DNA of 35,867 bases from positions 15,950-51,816 of the forward strand of contig JBHLRQ010000010.1 of assembly GCA_048882385.1 (NCBI GenBank), given 5' to 3'. The DNA is from Candidatus Thorarchaeota archaeon (GTDB lineage: Archaea > Asgardarchaeota > Thorarchaeia > Thorarchaeales > Thorarchaeaceae). Both the position numbers and the translations under genes were made by a program. Position 1 is the first letter of the stretch; the number at the start of each line of letters is the position of its first letter. The notes under the pieces are model-generated. The model ran no database searches. It was not told the DNA's origin and saw only the letters and a list, made by a program, of their open reading frames with translations. Below, one piece after another: positions 28,158 to 35,867 of the stretch.

Positions 28158-29072
28158 GTGCCAAAGGCAATTCACTCGATATGGTGGGATGATAATCTCG
28201 GACCTTCAGTAGGACGGTCATATCCCGAAACAGAATCATTGACTGGGGAAGAAGCTCTGATTGTTTTCATGGGACATGGAGTGAACAGGGAAGCAGAAGT
28301 TGGATATTCAAAATTACCTCGTGGATTAGTCATTTCCTATATGAAACCACCAAACTGTATAGTAATCCATCTGAATGAAGATGAAAACGCAGCAGTTATT
28401 GAGAGAAATCTTCTGAGACTTGTGAAGTATATTGATTTCAATAGTGATACATGGGATAGAGAACTGCAGCGTGCCTTTGAACTGCTGAAAGAACTTATTG
28501 ATGAAACAAGTGGAGCTGAGCTGCTCACAAATCCCTCTGTCCAGAAGCTTGTTGAAGATATGACTACTAATAGAGTGAATGCAATCACTCCCAAACATGT
28601 CCTTCGTGTTTCAGTTAGATATCCTGATGCTCAGGACTACTTCGGGTCCGATGATGCAGAAGTCATTAGGATGTTAAAAGATCTAGAAGATGAATCCATT
28701 CTTGAGTCGCGTACGTTTGGAAGAAGAGTCGAATGTAGACAGTGCGGAGACTCAGATTTAACAATTGAACTCCTCTGTCCGAGTTGTGATTCCGCAGACA
28801 TTCACAAAGTCTACACCCTTTTCTGCCCTAAATGCAGTAATCAATTTCATGCAGTTATGCAAGAGGATATTGCTGAAGTTGCTTGTCAACACTGTAAAGA
28901 ACCTGTGAAAGTTGGAGAACTCGGAGTGATTGATGTTGAACCTCTGTGTAACAAATGTGGAACAGCATCAAATGATCCTAGAATCGTTTTCCGATGTGCA
29001 ACATGTGGCAAGCGTCTACAGGGTGCTGACTTGCTAGCAGGAACTGGACTTGCTTACTATTGGAAAAAGTGA
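28158..29072 (+). CDS. uDENN/longin-like N-terminal domain fused to a multi-Zn-ribbon (TackOD1-like) domain
   Basis: SIWWDDNLGPSVGRSYP opening motif; MLKDLEDESILES helix-strand, then six CxxC pairs. Confidence 0.65.
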   Translation: MPKAIHSIWWDDNLGPSVGRSYPETESLTGEEALIVFMGHGVNREAEVGYSKLPRGLVISYMKPPNCIVIHLNEDENAAVIERNLLRLVKYIDFNSDTWDRELQRAFELLKELIDETSGAELLTNPSVQKLVEDMTTNRVNAITPKHVLRVSVRYPDAQDYFGSDDAEVIRMLKDLEDESILESRTFGRRVECRQCGDSDLTIELLCPSCDSADIHKVYTLFCPKCSNQFHAVMQEDIAEVACQHCKEPVKVGELGVIDVEPLCNKCGTASNDPRIVFRCATCGKRLQGADLLAGTGLAYYWKK

Positions 29073-29126
29073 ACCGCAACAGTTTTGTCGAGCGTTGTTC
29101 AGCCTGACGTGGAGTGAGTATACAAA

Positions 29127-29993
29127 ATGTCAGTAACTACAATTAATGTAGGGGTCATTAAGCTTGGTGCGATAGCCTCGGCTCCTCTTCTCGATTTAAT
29201 ATTTGATGAACGCGCAGAACGTGATGATATCAATGTTCGGGCTTTCACAAGTGGTGCAAAAATGGATGAAGAGTCAAGCAAGTCACCTGCCGAATCGGTA
29301 ATCGCATGGGCACCTCACCTTGTGCTTGTTGTAAGTCCGAATGCTGCATTACCTGGTCCTACAAAGGTCAGAGAGATGTTGGCTGAAGCTAAGATTCCAA
29401 CCATATCAATCTCCGATGGTCCAGCTGAAAAGGCATTCTATAAAAAGGATGATGAGGGGAAGAAGAAACCTCATGTTCTTGATGGCCAAGGCTTCATCAT
29501 CATTCCAGCAGATTCTATGATTGGTGCAAAGAAGGAATTCCTGGATCCAACAGAGATGTCGCTATTCAATGCAGATGCGATAAAGGTACTTTCAATCACT
29601 GGGGTTGTGAGAGCTATCCAGAATGAGTTGGATAAAGTAATTGCTACACTTCAGGCTGGTGAAGCTACAGAGATGCCTATGTTAAAACTGACTGCTGAGA
29701 AAGCTGTCAATTGTGGGTATTTCAAAAATCCGTACGCCAAAGCAAAGGCCATCGCAGCATTGACAATTTCAGAAGCTGTTGCTGAAATAACTGCAAAAGG
29801 TTGTTTCAAGACAAAGGAAGCTGAGGATTACATCCCATTAGTAGCAGCTGGTCATGAGATGATGAGAATCGCAGCAATACTAGCAGATGAAATCAGAGAA
29901 CTAGAGAAGTCAGAGGATTCCGTGGTTAGAAATCCACATGTTTCCAAGGGCAAAGTAAAATCAAAGACTGCACTGATGGAGAAGCCGAAGTAG
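29127..29993 (+). CDS. mtd: F420-dependent methylene-tetrahydromethanopterin dehydrogenase
   Basis: KLGAIA..LLDLIFDERAERDDI..SGAKM, SPNAALPGP, ADSMIGAKKEFLDPTEMSLFNADAIKVL, NPYAKAKA, AAGHEMMR. Confidence 0.95.
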   Translation: MSVTTINVGVIKLGAIASAPLLDLIFDERAERDDINVRAFTSGAKMDEESSKSPAESVIAWAPHLVLVVSPNAALPGPTKVREMLAEAKIPTISISDGPAEKAFYKKDDEGKKKPHVLDGQGFIIIPADSMIGAKKEFLDPTEMSLFNADAIKVLSITGVVRAIQNELDKVIATLQAGEATEMPMLKLTAEKAVNCGYFKNPYAKAKAIAALTISEAVAEITAKGCFKTKEAEDYIPLVAAGHEMMRIAAILADEIRELEKSEDSVVRNPHVSKGKVKSKTALMEKPK

Positions 29994-30001
29994 CGGGTCA
30001 A

Positions 30002-31570
30002 CTACTTCTTCTTCTTCACACTCTTCTTTACGACTTTCCTGGCATCCTTCAGGATCTTCTCAGCACGAGCTACACTCAGCCCATCAATTTTCTGGGCGAG
30101 TCTTTGAGCAGATTCTCCAGCTAACTGAGCGGCGGATTCGTACCCCGCCGCATTCAGCTTTTTCTCAAGACTTTCACCAATCCCAGGTACTCTTCTGAGA
30201 GGAAGCATATCCTTGAAATTTTCGCCGAGGATAGCATCCATTTCTGAATCACTTAAATCAGTTCCAGCATCCATGATATCAATCTGACTTCGAATAGATG
30301 CGAAATCATCTGCTCTAACAAATGCATCTACTGTTCGTTTTACTTGTCGCTCATCAAAATCAAAGTCAAGGTCTTCCATCTCGATTTCTCTTCCAAGTGT
30401 AGTTGGTAACGGTCCTGTCAGATAGAGAGCACCAAGAGAAAGTAGAATCGCAACCTGTCCACCTACTTCTGGAAGCCACCAAGGAAGATCAAAAACAATT
30501 CCAAGCAATTCGATTTGTAATTCCAAAGCCCAAAAGAGGGTCATATACCCCAAAAAGAAGAACCAATACAAAGAGAGACGGAATCCTTTCGTTTTCACAG
30601 GGCCAAGTTCAGGCCATATTAATAGTAAACAAAGCCCAAGCAAGTATCCTTCAACTAACCTCTCTGAAATCAGTAGTAGAAAAAGGTAGTCTAGGCCATA
30701 CAGTGTTGAACCAAAGATGGTTAGAAGCCCCATAAGGAGAATCACAAATCGAAATGCAGTTTTTCTTCCTAGTCGATCGGACATGATTCCTGCAAGAATA
30801 ATGGCAAAAACAAAGGGAACATACTCAAGAAAACCAATATTGACAGAATTGCTGAGTGACACAAAAGTTGGATCTGCTGAAAGTTCATGCTTGGTGACAA
30901 GATACCAGAGTAAATGAGCACCCATAATCAGAGTAGTAGGAATGAAGTATTTGAAAGAACTACCTGCAATTGTTAATGAGGCACGAGCAACTTTCCAGGG
31001 TCTAAACGTAGCTGAAATTATCATAGCAACTAGTGAAACGAAGGCCGGCAATAGTATAGTATTTTGAAAAGCTGCTATGATTGACAGGCTATCAAAAAAA
31101 GTGAATAGAACATATACAAAAACAGCTAAGGCTAGAAAGCTAGATACTGTCCTTCCCCGAAATCGCACGACGACACTCTGATTTATTCGAGCTGACCAAG
31201 ATATCAACATCAGAGCAAGGCAGCAAAAAGTCATTGTTGTGAGTAGTATTGGATAGATGTCCAAGAAGTCAGGAAAAACATCAAGAAAACTGAGAATTCC
31301 AATAAGACTTGGTAGCAGTGCTCCTAAATACATTAGAAAATCATGTCTTCTGACTCTATCAACAAGAAGACCTGAGAGAGGTAATGCAAAGGTTGCTGCA
31401 AGAGCCCCATAACCTAGAAGTCCATGATGTTCGAGAATAGTTAGACCTAGGAAGCCAAACAAATTACCTGACAAAAGACCTGTGATTACATAGATAGAAA
31501 GTGCCATTGGAACTGCCACTAGCACATAGATGAACATTGTCTTCCAAGGAAATTCTCTGTACTCCAACAT
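30002..31570 (-). CDS. MFS-fold membrane protein fused to a C-terminal helix-hairpin-helix domain
   Basis: About 12 TM helices with GLLVDRVRR and GIMSDRLGRK loops; tail LRRVPGIGESLEKKLNAAGY...IDGLSVARAEKILKDA. Confidence 0.8.
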   Translation of the reverse strand: MLEYREFPWKTMFIYVLVAVPMALSIYVITGLLSGNLFGFLGLTILEHHGLLGYGALAATFALPLSGLLVDRVRRHDFLMYLGALLPSLIGILSFLDVFPDFLDIYPILLTTMTFCCLALMLISWSARINQSVVVRFRGRTVSSFLALAVFVYVLFTFFDSLSIIAAFQNTILLPAFVSLVAMIISATFRPWKVARASLTIAGSSFKYFIPTTLIMGAHLLWYLVTKHELSADPTFVSLSNSVNIGFLEYVPFVFAIILAGIMSDRLGRKTAFRFVILLMGLLTIFGSTLYGLDYLFLLLISERLVEGYLLGLCLLLIWPELGPVKTKGFRLSLYWFFFLGYMTLFWALELQIELLGIVFDLPWWLPEVGGQVAILLSLGALYLTGPLPTTLGREIEMEDLDFDFDERQVKRTVDAFVRADDFASIRSQIDIMDAGTDLSDSEMDAILGENFKDMLPLRRVPGIGESLEKKLNAAGYESAAQLAGESAQRLAQKIDGLSVARAEKILKDARKVVKKSVKKKK

Positions 31571-31688
31571 GATTCTCGCCTACTTCCCTTTCCGAGTTGA
31601 AATTCAGAAAAGGATATGGATGTTTCGGGGTGTATGCGATATCTTAAAGACCCTTCAGAATCTGGACTGAAACAAGGAGATATGCTAC

Positions 31689-32597
31689 TTGGCTGGAAAA
31701 CTTGGTGTCCATGAATTCATGGTTCTTACTGCAGGAGGAAGTCCAATCTTCCACTATTCAGTAACAGAGGAACGAAAACTGGACGAATTGCTTTCAGGTT
31801 TTCTAAGTGCAATTACAAGTTTTGCATCTGAGTTTGGAGAGAAATCAATTCAGAGTCTTTCCTTTGAAGGTTCTGAGCTTCTTTACGAGCAGTTTGGATC
31901 AGAATACCTCTTCATCTTCCTAGTTGAATCAGGTTCATCTGAAAAGGTTTTGAGAGCGGTTCTTCGGGAGCTGAGTAAAAGATTTCTGTCAAGATATCAA
32001 AACGAATTACGAATGGACATTCCAGTACTTGATGTCTTCTTTGATTTTGAGAATGAGGTTCGCAGTGTCTTCACATATTATGAGGAGGTACTTGTTGTCA
32101 CATCAAGTCTGAGCTCTTTTGTGATTCCTAGGTTGATGAAAGATAACTTAAATCTTGCAATAAAATCGGGTGTGTTCCTAGATGAGTTCCATCGAGATTT
32201 AGGAGGATCAGGAAATCGTATTCTTTCGGCAATCGATGGAAAGACATCAATCTATGATATGGGTAGAAATCTTGGCGTATCTGATGAAGAGATATCTGAT
32301 GTTGTGGAATACCTCGCAATCAGAGGACTCCTGAAAATTTCAAAACTATGTCCTGTGATAAAACATAATGACAGCAGGTTTGATGCATATCTGGACTTGA
32401 TTGGCTTACCCAGCAAGGATTATCAGTTATTGGAACGCGCAAAGTTGCTATGTAACGGGGATCGCTCACTAGTTGAAGTGAGTGAGAGACTGGGAGTCGT
32501 TCCAGAGAGATTGTATGAGGTCTTCGAGAAATTAGGTGATGAAATAGGATGGAATCTTGTTGAAGTTAGCGGCCTTGTAGATGATTTAACAACCTGA
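31689..32597 (+). CDS. Longin domain + two winged-helix domains
   Basis: Longin-type FMVLTAGGSPIFHYS...LLSGFLSAITSFASEF...LFIFLV..LRELSKRFLSRY; wHTH ILSAIDGKTSIYDMGRNLG..LAIRGLL and LCNGDRSLVEVSERLG. TTG start after AGGAG. Confidence 0.75.
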   Translation: MAGKLGVHEFMVLTAGGSPIFHYSVTEERKLDELLSGFLSAITSFASEFGEKSIQSLSFEGSELLYEQFGSEYLFIFLVESGSSEKVLRAVLRELSKRFLSRYQNELRMDIPVLDVFFDFENEVRSVFTYYEEVLVVTSSLSSFVIPRLMKDNLNLAIKSGVFLDEFHRDLGGSGNRILSAIDGKTSIYDMGRNLGVSDEEISDVVEYLAIRGLLKISKLCPVIKHNDSRFDAYLDLIGLPSKDYQLLERAKLLCNGDRSLVEVSERLGVVPERLYEVFEKLGDEIGWNLVEVSGLVDDLTT

Positions 32598-32678
32598 TAA
32601 CTCCACTACTTTTGTGACAAAGGTATTAAATTGGTTCAGTCAAAACGGAAAGCGGCCGTATGACTAGGAGGCCACCAG

Positions 32679-33956
32679 TTGGTAAAAGAGATAGTTGTAC
32701 TACGTGATTCTGGCATATTGCTGTTTCATTATAGTGTAAGTGGAACACGTAAACTAGATGAGTTGGCAGCTGCATTTCTTTCTGCAGTTGGTTCTTTTGC
32801 CAAAGAGGTGAGCCAAGACAGAATTACAGTGATGTCATTCGAGACAAACAAATTGGTTTGGGAGAGAAAAGGAGACCTGTATTTCATTGCCCTTGTATCC
32901 GAAGAAGATAGCGGCGAGATACATCGTGTTATCCTACAGGACCTAGCAGACCAATTCGTTAGTATATTCTATTCTGAGATTATGAAAGAACTTCCAAACT
33001 CGAAAAAATTCAGACCTTTTGCTGATATAGTTGAAGTCACATTACAGAAATTTAATGGGATTCCCGGCTTGGCACGTCGATATAAGACGATACTTCTCCC
33101 TGCTGCAGAATTGAACAAGTTGAAGGAAATTCTAGCTGAGGTTGAGGTAAATCGTGATATCCTACGGGGTGGGATGGTTACTACAGATGGATATGTAGCA
33201 GTATCCAATTTGAGAGCCTACGAACTTGAGGCAGTCTTGGATTTCGTACCTACATTGAAAGAGAAGGTTGAGATGAAAGAACACTCTAGTCTTGACAAAA
33301 ATACATCAATCATGATGATACAACTTCCCAAGAAGGGAGTCGTTGCATTTGTTGTCAAACTTGGATTATCAGAGAAAACATACCTTGAGCTAGTAAATCC
33401 CTTCATCTCGTTGCTGCAACTTACAAGTTTCGCAGACGCAAGGAAATTTGAACCTGATAAAATAGAAGGTCCAATCTCGTTCTATGATTACGACACAGTT
33501 GAAGCAACAATGTCTAGTGAGGATCTGAGAAGAGAAACAAAGATGGCACTATCATCGTTCTCTGAGAGTGTGCAATCCGGTGCAATGCGCATGGTAAATG
33601 CCATCCATGAAACATCAACAGTATCAGAGATACATGAAGCAAGTGGTTTGATTCGAGAACAAGCAGATGAGATTCTCGCACAACTTATTGCCAAAGGTAT
33701 AGTTCGAATTGTGAAACTATTCCCAGTCATGGAAGATAGAGATGAGCGATTTGTGGCATATTTGGAAGTCATAGGAATTAAGAAAAGAGACTTTGAGGTA
33801 GTTGAGTCAATCTGGAAATACTGCAATGGTAGCCTCTCACTTAGAGAAATAGAAGAGAGATCTGACATTCCAGCATCCAGGATAATCGAAGTCCTCAGAG
33901 AATTAGGAAATCATGTAAAATGGCCAAAAGAACGGGTGCTTAGTCATGTCAGGTAA
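32679..33956 (+). CDS. Longin domain + roadblock-like domain + two winged-helix domains
   Basis: IVVLRDSGILLFHYS..KLDELAAAFLSAVGSFAKEV (paralogous to the upstream gene); central LKEILAEV..ILRGGMVTTDGYVAVSNL; TVSEIHEASG..LIAKGIV and YCNGSLSLREIEERS. TTG start after GGAGG. Confidence 0.75.
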   Translation: MVKEIVVLRDSGILLFHYSVSGTRKLDELAAAFLSAVGSFAKEVSQDRITVMSFETNKLVWERKGDLYFIALVSEEDSGEIHRVILQDLADQFVSIFYSEIMKELPNSKKFRPFADIVEVTLQKFNGIPGLARRYKTILLPAAELNKLKEILAEVEVNRDILRGGMVTTDGYVAVSNLRAYELEAVLDFVPTLKEKVEMKEHSSLDKNTSIMMIQLPKKGVVAFVVKLGLSEKTYLELVNPFISLLQLTSFADARKFEPDKIEGPISFYDYDTVEATMSSEDLRRETKMALSSFSESVQSGAMRMVNAIHETSTVSEIHEASGLIREQADEILAQLIAKGIVRIVKLFPVMEDRDERFVAYLEVIGIKKRDFEVVESIWKYCNGSLSLREIEERSDIPASRIIEVLRELGNHVKWPKERVLSHVR

Positions 33957-34698
33957 AATAGTATCAATTCACAGTTTTAGAGGAGGGACAGGTAAATCCA
34001 ATATAGCTGCGAATCTCGCTGCAGCTGTGGCGCTTGATGGAAAAAGAGTAGCAGTTATGGACACAGATATGGCATCACCAGGAATACATGTCATATTTGG
34101 AATGGGTCGGGAGAAGATGAAGTACACCCTCAATGACTATCTGAGGGGTTCATGTGATATTACAGATGCCTGTGTTGATTTGACAGATAGGTTGAGTATC
34201 AAGGGAGGGAAACTGTTTTTGATTCCAAGCTCAATGGCAGCCACTGACATTACAAGGATTCTCAGAGAAGGCTATGAGGTTGGGGACTTGAAGAAAGGTT
34301 TCACAGATGTGATCAAGAAGAAAGACCTAGATTATCTCATCATTGATACACATCCAGGTTTGGATAGAGAGACCTTGCTTTCAATGGCCACGGCAGATTA
34401 CTTGTTTGTTGTTGCTAGAATCGATGAACAAGACCTTCTAGGAACAGCTGCTACACTAAGTGTTGCTCGGAAACTTCAGGTTCCAGATATCAAGATCATT
34501 ATCAATAAAAAACCAGGCATATATGAGAACAAAGCGATTATCAAAGAGGTTGAACAGAAGTTCAAGACCAGTGTTGCTACTATCATCCCGTTACTCCCTC
34601 TGCTTATTGAAGCGGGTAGTCGCTATGTTGTAACTTTACGTCATCCTGATAGCGAATTCACAAAGAATGTTGAAGAAATCTATCGAATGATGAAATGA
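33946..34698 (+). CDS. MinD/ParA-family ATPase
   Basis: IVSIHSFRGGTGKSN, RVAVMDTD..SPG, DYLIIDTHPG, IINK; start overlaps the previous gene by 11 nt. Confidence 0.9.
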   Translation: MSGKIVSIHSFRGGTGKSNIAANLAAAVALDGKRVAVMDTDMASPGIHVIFGMGREKMKYTLNDYLRGSCDITDACVDLTDRLSIKGGKLFLIPSSMAATDITRILREGYEVGDLKKGFTDVIKKKDLDYLIIDTHPGLDRETLLSMATADYLFVVARIDEQDLLGTAATLSVARKLQVPDIKIIINKKPGIYENKAIIKEVEQKFKTSVATIIPLLPLLIEAGSRYVVTLRHPDSEFTKNVEEIYRMMK

Positions 34699-34705
34699 TG
34701 ATGGA

Positions 34706-34822
34706 TTAAATTAATCTTGGTATGTAGATAAGCGCGAGTGCAAGTAAGAGAATAATCAGACATACCACAAGTAATAGTGGTAGAAGGTCTGATTGTCCGT
34801 CATCGACTCTTTTCATTTCCAT
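34706..34822 (-). CDS. Small (38 aa) single-TM protein, not in the ORF track
   Basis: MEMKRVDDGQSDLLPLLLVVCLIILLLALALIYIPRLI*; AGGA 6 nt upstream; fills the intergenic gap without overlaps. Confidence 0.55.
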   Translation of the reverse strand: MEMKRVDDGQSDLLPLLLVVCLIILLLALALIYIPRLI

Positions 34823-34933
34823 ATTCGTCCTGTGAAGCATATTGCTGCCAAACCAAATTAAATTACGCATTAGCAAAACACTTCTATCTAGTTTCGTTAT
34901 AACTTCAAATCAATTCAGGAGGATACAACACCA

Positions 34934-35380
34934 ATGGACATCGATGTAAGATTAGCAACAGCTTCAGACCGGTCTCTCATTGAGGAGTTTTATGTTCGAG
35001 AGAGAAAGAATTTTCAAAAGATGGTAATTCAATCGTCTGCAACTCCTGTTGGTGCGAGTATCGAAACAATGTTTGTCATAGCTGCCACAAAGAGCATGGT
35101 AGTAGCTGCATTGAAACTTGATGTTGCTAAAGATCCTGCTCTTGGTCGAGTGGGATTTATCAAGCACTTTGAGATTGAGGATGCCCTCGAAGATTCAGAC
35201 ATAGGTCTTCGGATGCTTGAAAAAACTAGTGAGATTGCTGACGATAAGGGTCTCAGAGCGTTGGATGCAATTTTTGATGTATCGAGAGCTGACCTTTTCG
35301 ATTTATTCACTGAATCGGGCTATGTAGAAGAGCGGAAAGAGGTCTGCCTCAGAAAAGATTTTGGGCTTAGAGTATTCTAA
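34934..35380 (+). CDS. GNAT-family N-acetyltransferase-like protein
   Basis: VRLATASD start, MFVIAA..VVAALKL, GFIKHFEI, degenerate motif A (EDSDIGLRML), LFTESGY; strong SD AGGAGG. Confidence 0.75.
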   Translation: MDIDVRLATASDRSLIEEFYVRERKNFQKMVIQSSATPVGASIETMFVIAATKSMVVAALKLDVAKDPALGRVGFIKHFEIEDALEDSDIGLRMLEKTSEIADDKGLRALDAIFDVSRADLFDLFTESGYVEERKEVCLRKDFGLRVF

Positions 35381-35390
35381 TAATTCAACC

Positions 35391-35867
35391 TCATCTTACT
35401 ATTGAACTCAGTCTGAGTTTTTCAATAGTGTCTTTTGTTGGAATACCCTCTTTGCTCCATCCGCGAAGCTCGTAGTATAAATCAAGCGATTTCTCAAAAT
35501 CGTCATGGTTAATGAAAGCCTTCATTCCTTTGGAAGGTCCAAGTGTTTCAGCTTTCCAGAATTTTGGAGGCACAACGTCATCCTTTCGTTTTATTCCTTC
35601 ATTGATATTGAAGAGGCGTATCAGAGTTTCAACTCTTTGACCAAAAGCAGAAACTTGGTTGTCGTCATAACCAACTCCTGTTGCACTATTCAGCAGTTGG
35701 ATCTTTTCTTCACGGCTCAATGGAAAGTTCCATGTGAAATGACAGATTATCAGCGAGTCAGTCAATATTTTTGTGTCACGCTCTACAACCATCGACTCGA
35801 TTACATCAATTGCGGACGATTCTGGTTTTTCAGTCGTCTGTGGCCAACCTCGGAGATGGCTTGAACC
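35391..35867 (-). CDS. aor: Aldehyde:ferredoxin oxidoreductase (tungstopterin AOR family), C-terminal part, 5'-truncated by the window edge
   Basis: Frame open to the window end: GSSHLRG..., DSLIICHF, GQRVETLIRLFNINEG...DD..P, YYELRGW..EGIPT..LRL. Confidence 0.9.
   Translation of the reverse strand, partial: GSSHLRGWPQTTEKPESSAIDVIESMVVERDTKILTDSLIICHFTWNFPLSREEKIQLLNSATGVGYDDNQVSAFGQRVETLIRLFNINEGIKRKDDVVPPKFWKAETLGPSKGMKAFINHDDFEKSLDLYYELRGWSKEGIPTKDTIEKLRLSSIVR

Noticed and set aside
27973-28239. 88-aa minus-strand ORF and a hairpin at 28030-28059
   Set aside because: ORF overlaps the start of the well-supported 28158 gene on the opposite strand and spans a divergent promoter; the hairpin is short and unsupported.
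29127-29993. mtd as evidence of methanogenesis
   Set aside because: Mtd also serves H4MPT-dependent C1 metabolism in non-methanogens; no mcr or mtr genes in the window.
1-35867. CRISPR arrays, rRNA/tRNA genes, integrases, transposases
   Set aside because: No regularly spaced repeats, RNA gene signatures or recombinase motifs seen by eye; intergenic gaps are short.

Overview
Gene-dense archaeal chromosomal window, most likely from an Asgard archaeon (Thorarchaeota-like; inferred from the protein families, not from a marker gene). Recognisable metabolic and housekeeping genes are mtd, a ferredoxin-fused FrhB/FpoF-type F420 oxidoreductase, bacterial-type ribA, a partial aldehyde:ferredoxin oxidoreductase, a THEP1 NTPase, a GNAT, EamA and MFS transporters, and an AmpC-like serine hydrolase. 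Four C-terminally anchored surface proteins are also present. Candidate eukaryote-like or regulatory proteins are unusually dense: (i) two membrane-anchored paralogues carrying a coatomer/adaptin appendage-like module plus a Zn ribbon; (ii) an operon of two longin + tandem winged-helix proteins (NPRL2/NPRL3-like layout, one with an inserted roadblock-like domain) coupled to a MinD/ParA ATPase and divergent from an MFS-helix-hairpin-helix fusion; (iii) a uDENN/longin-multi-Zn-ribbon protein; (iv) a single-domain gelsolin-like protein next to a C4HC3 PHD/RING-like protein; (v) an expanded NurA-HerA pair followed by an orphan MglA-like GTPase. Two intact enzymes appear to have lost catalytic residues (a glycogen-debranching glucosidase and a histidine phosphatase). 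No rRNA, tRNA, CRISPR array or mobile element was found. All family calls are by-eye motif recognition and need profile or structure searches to confirm.
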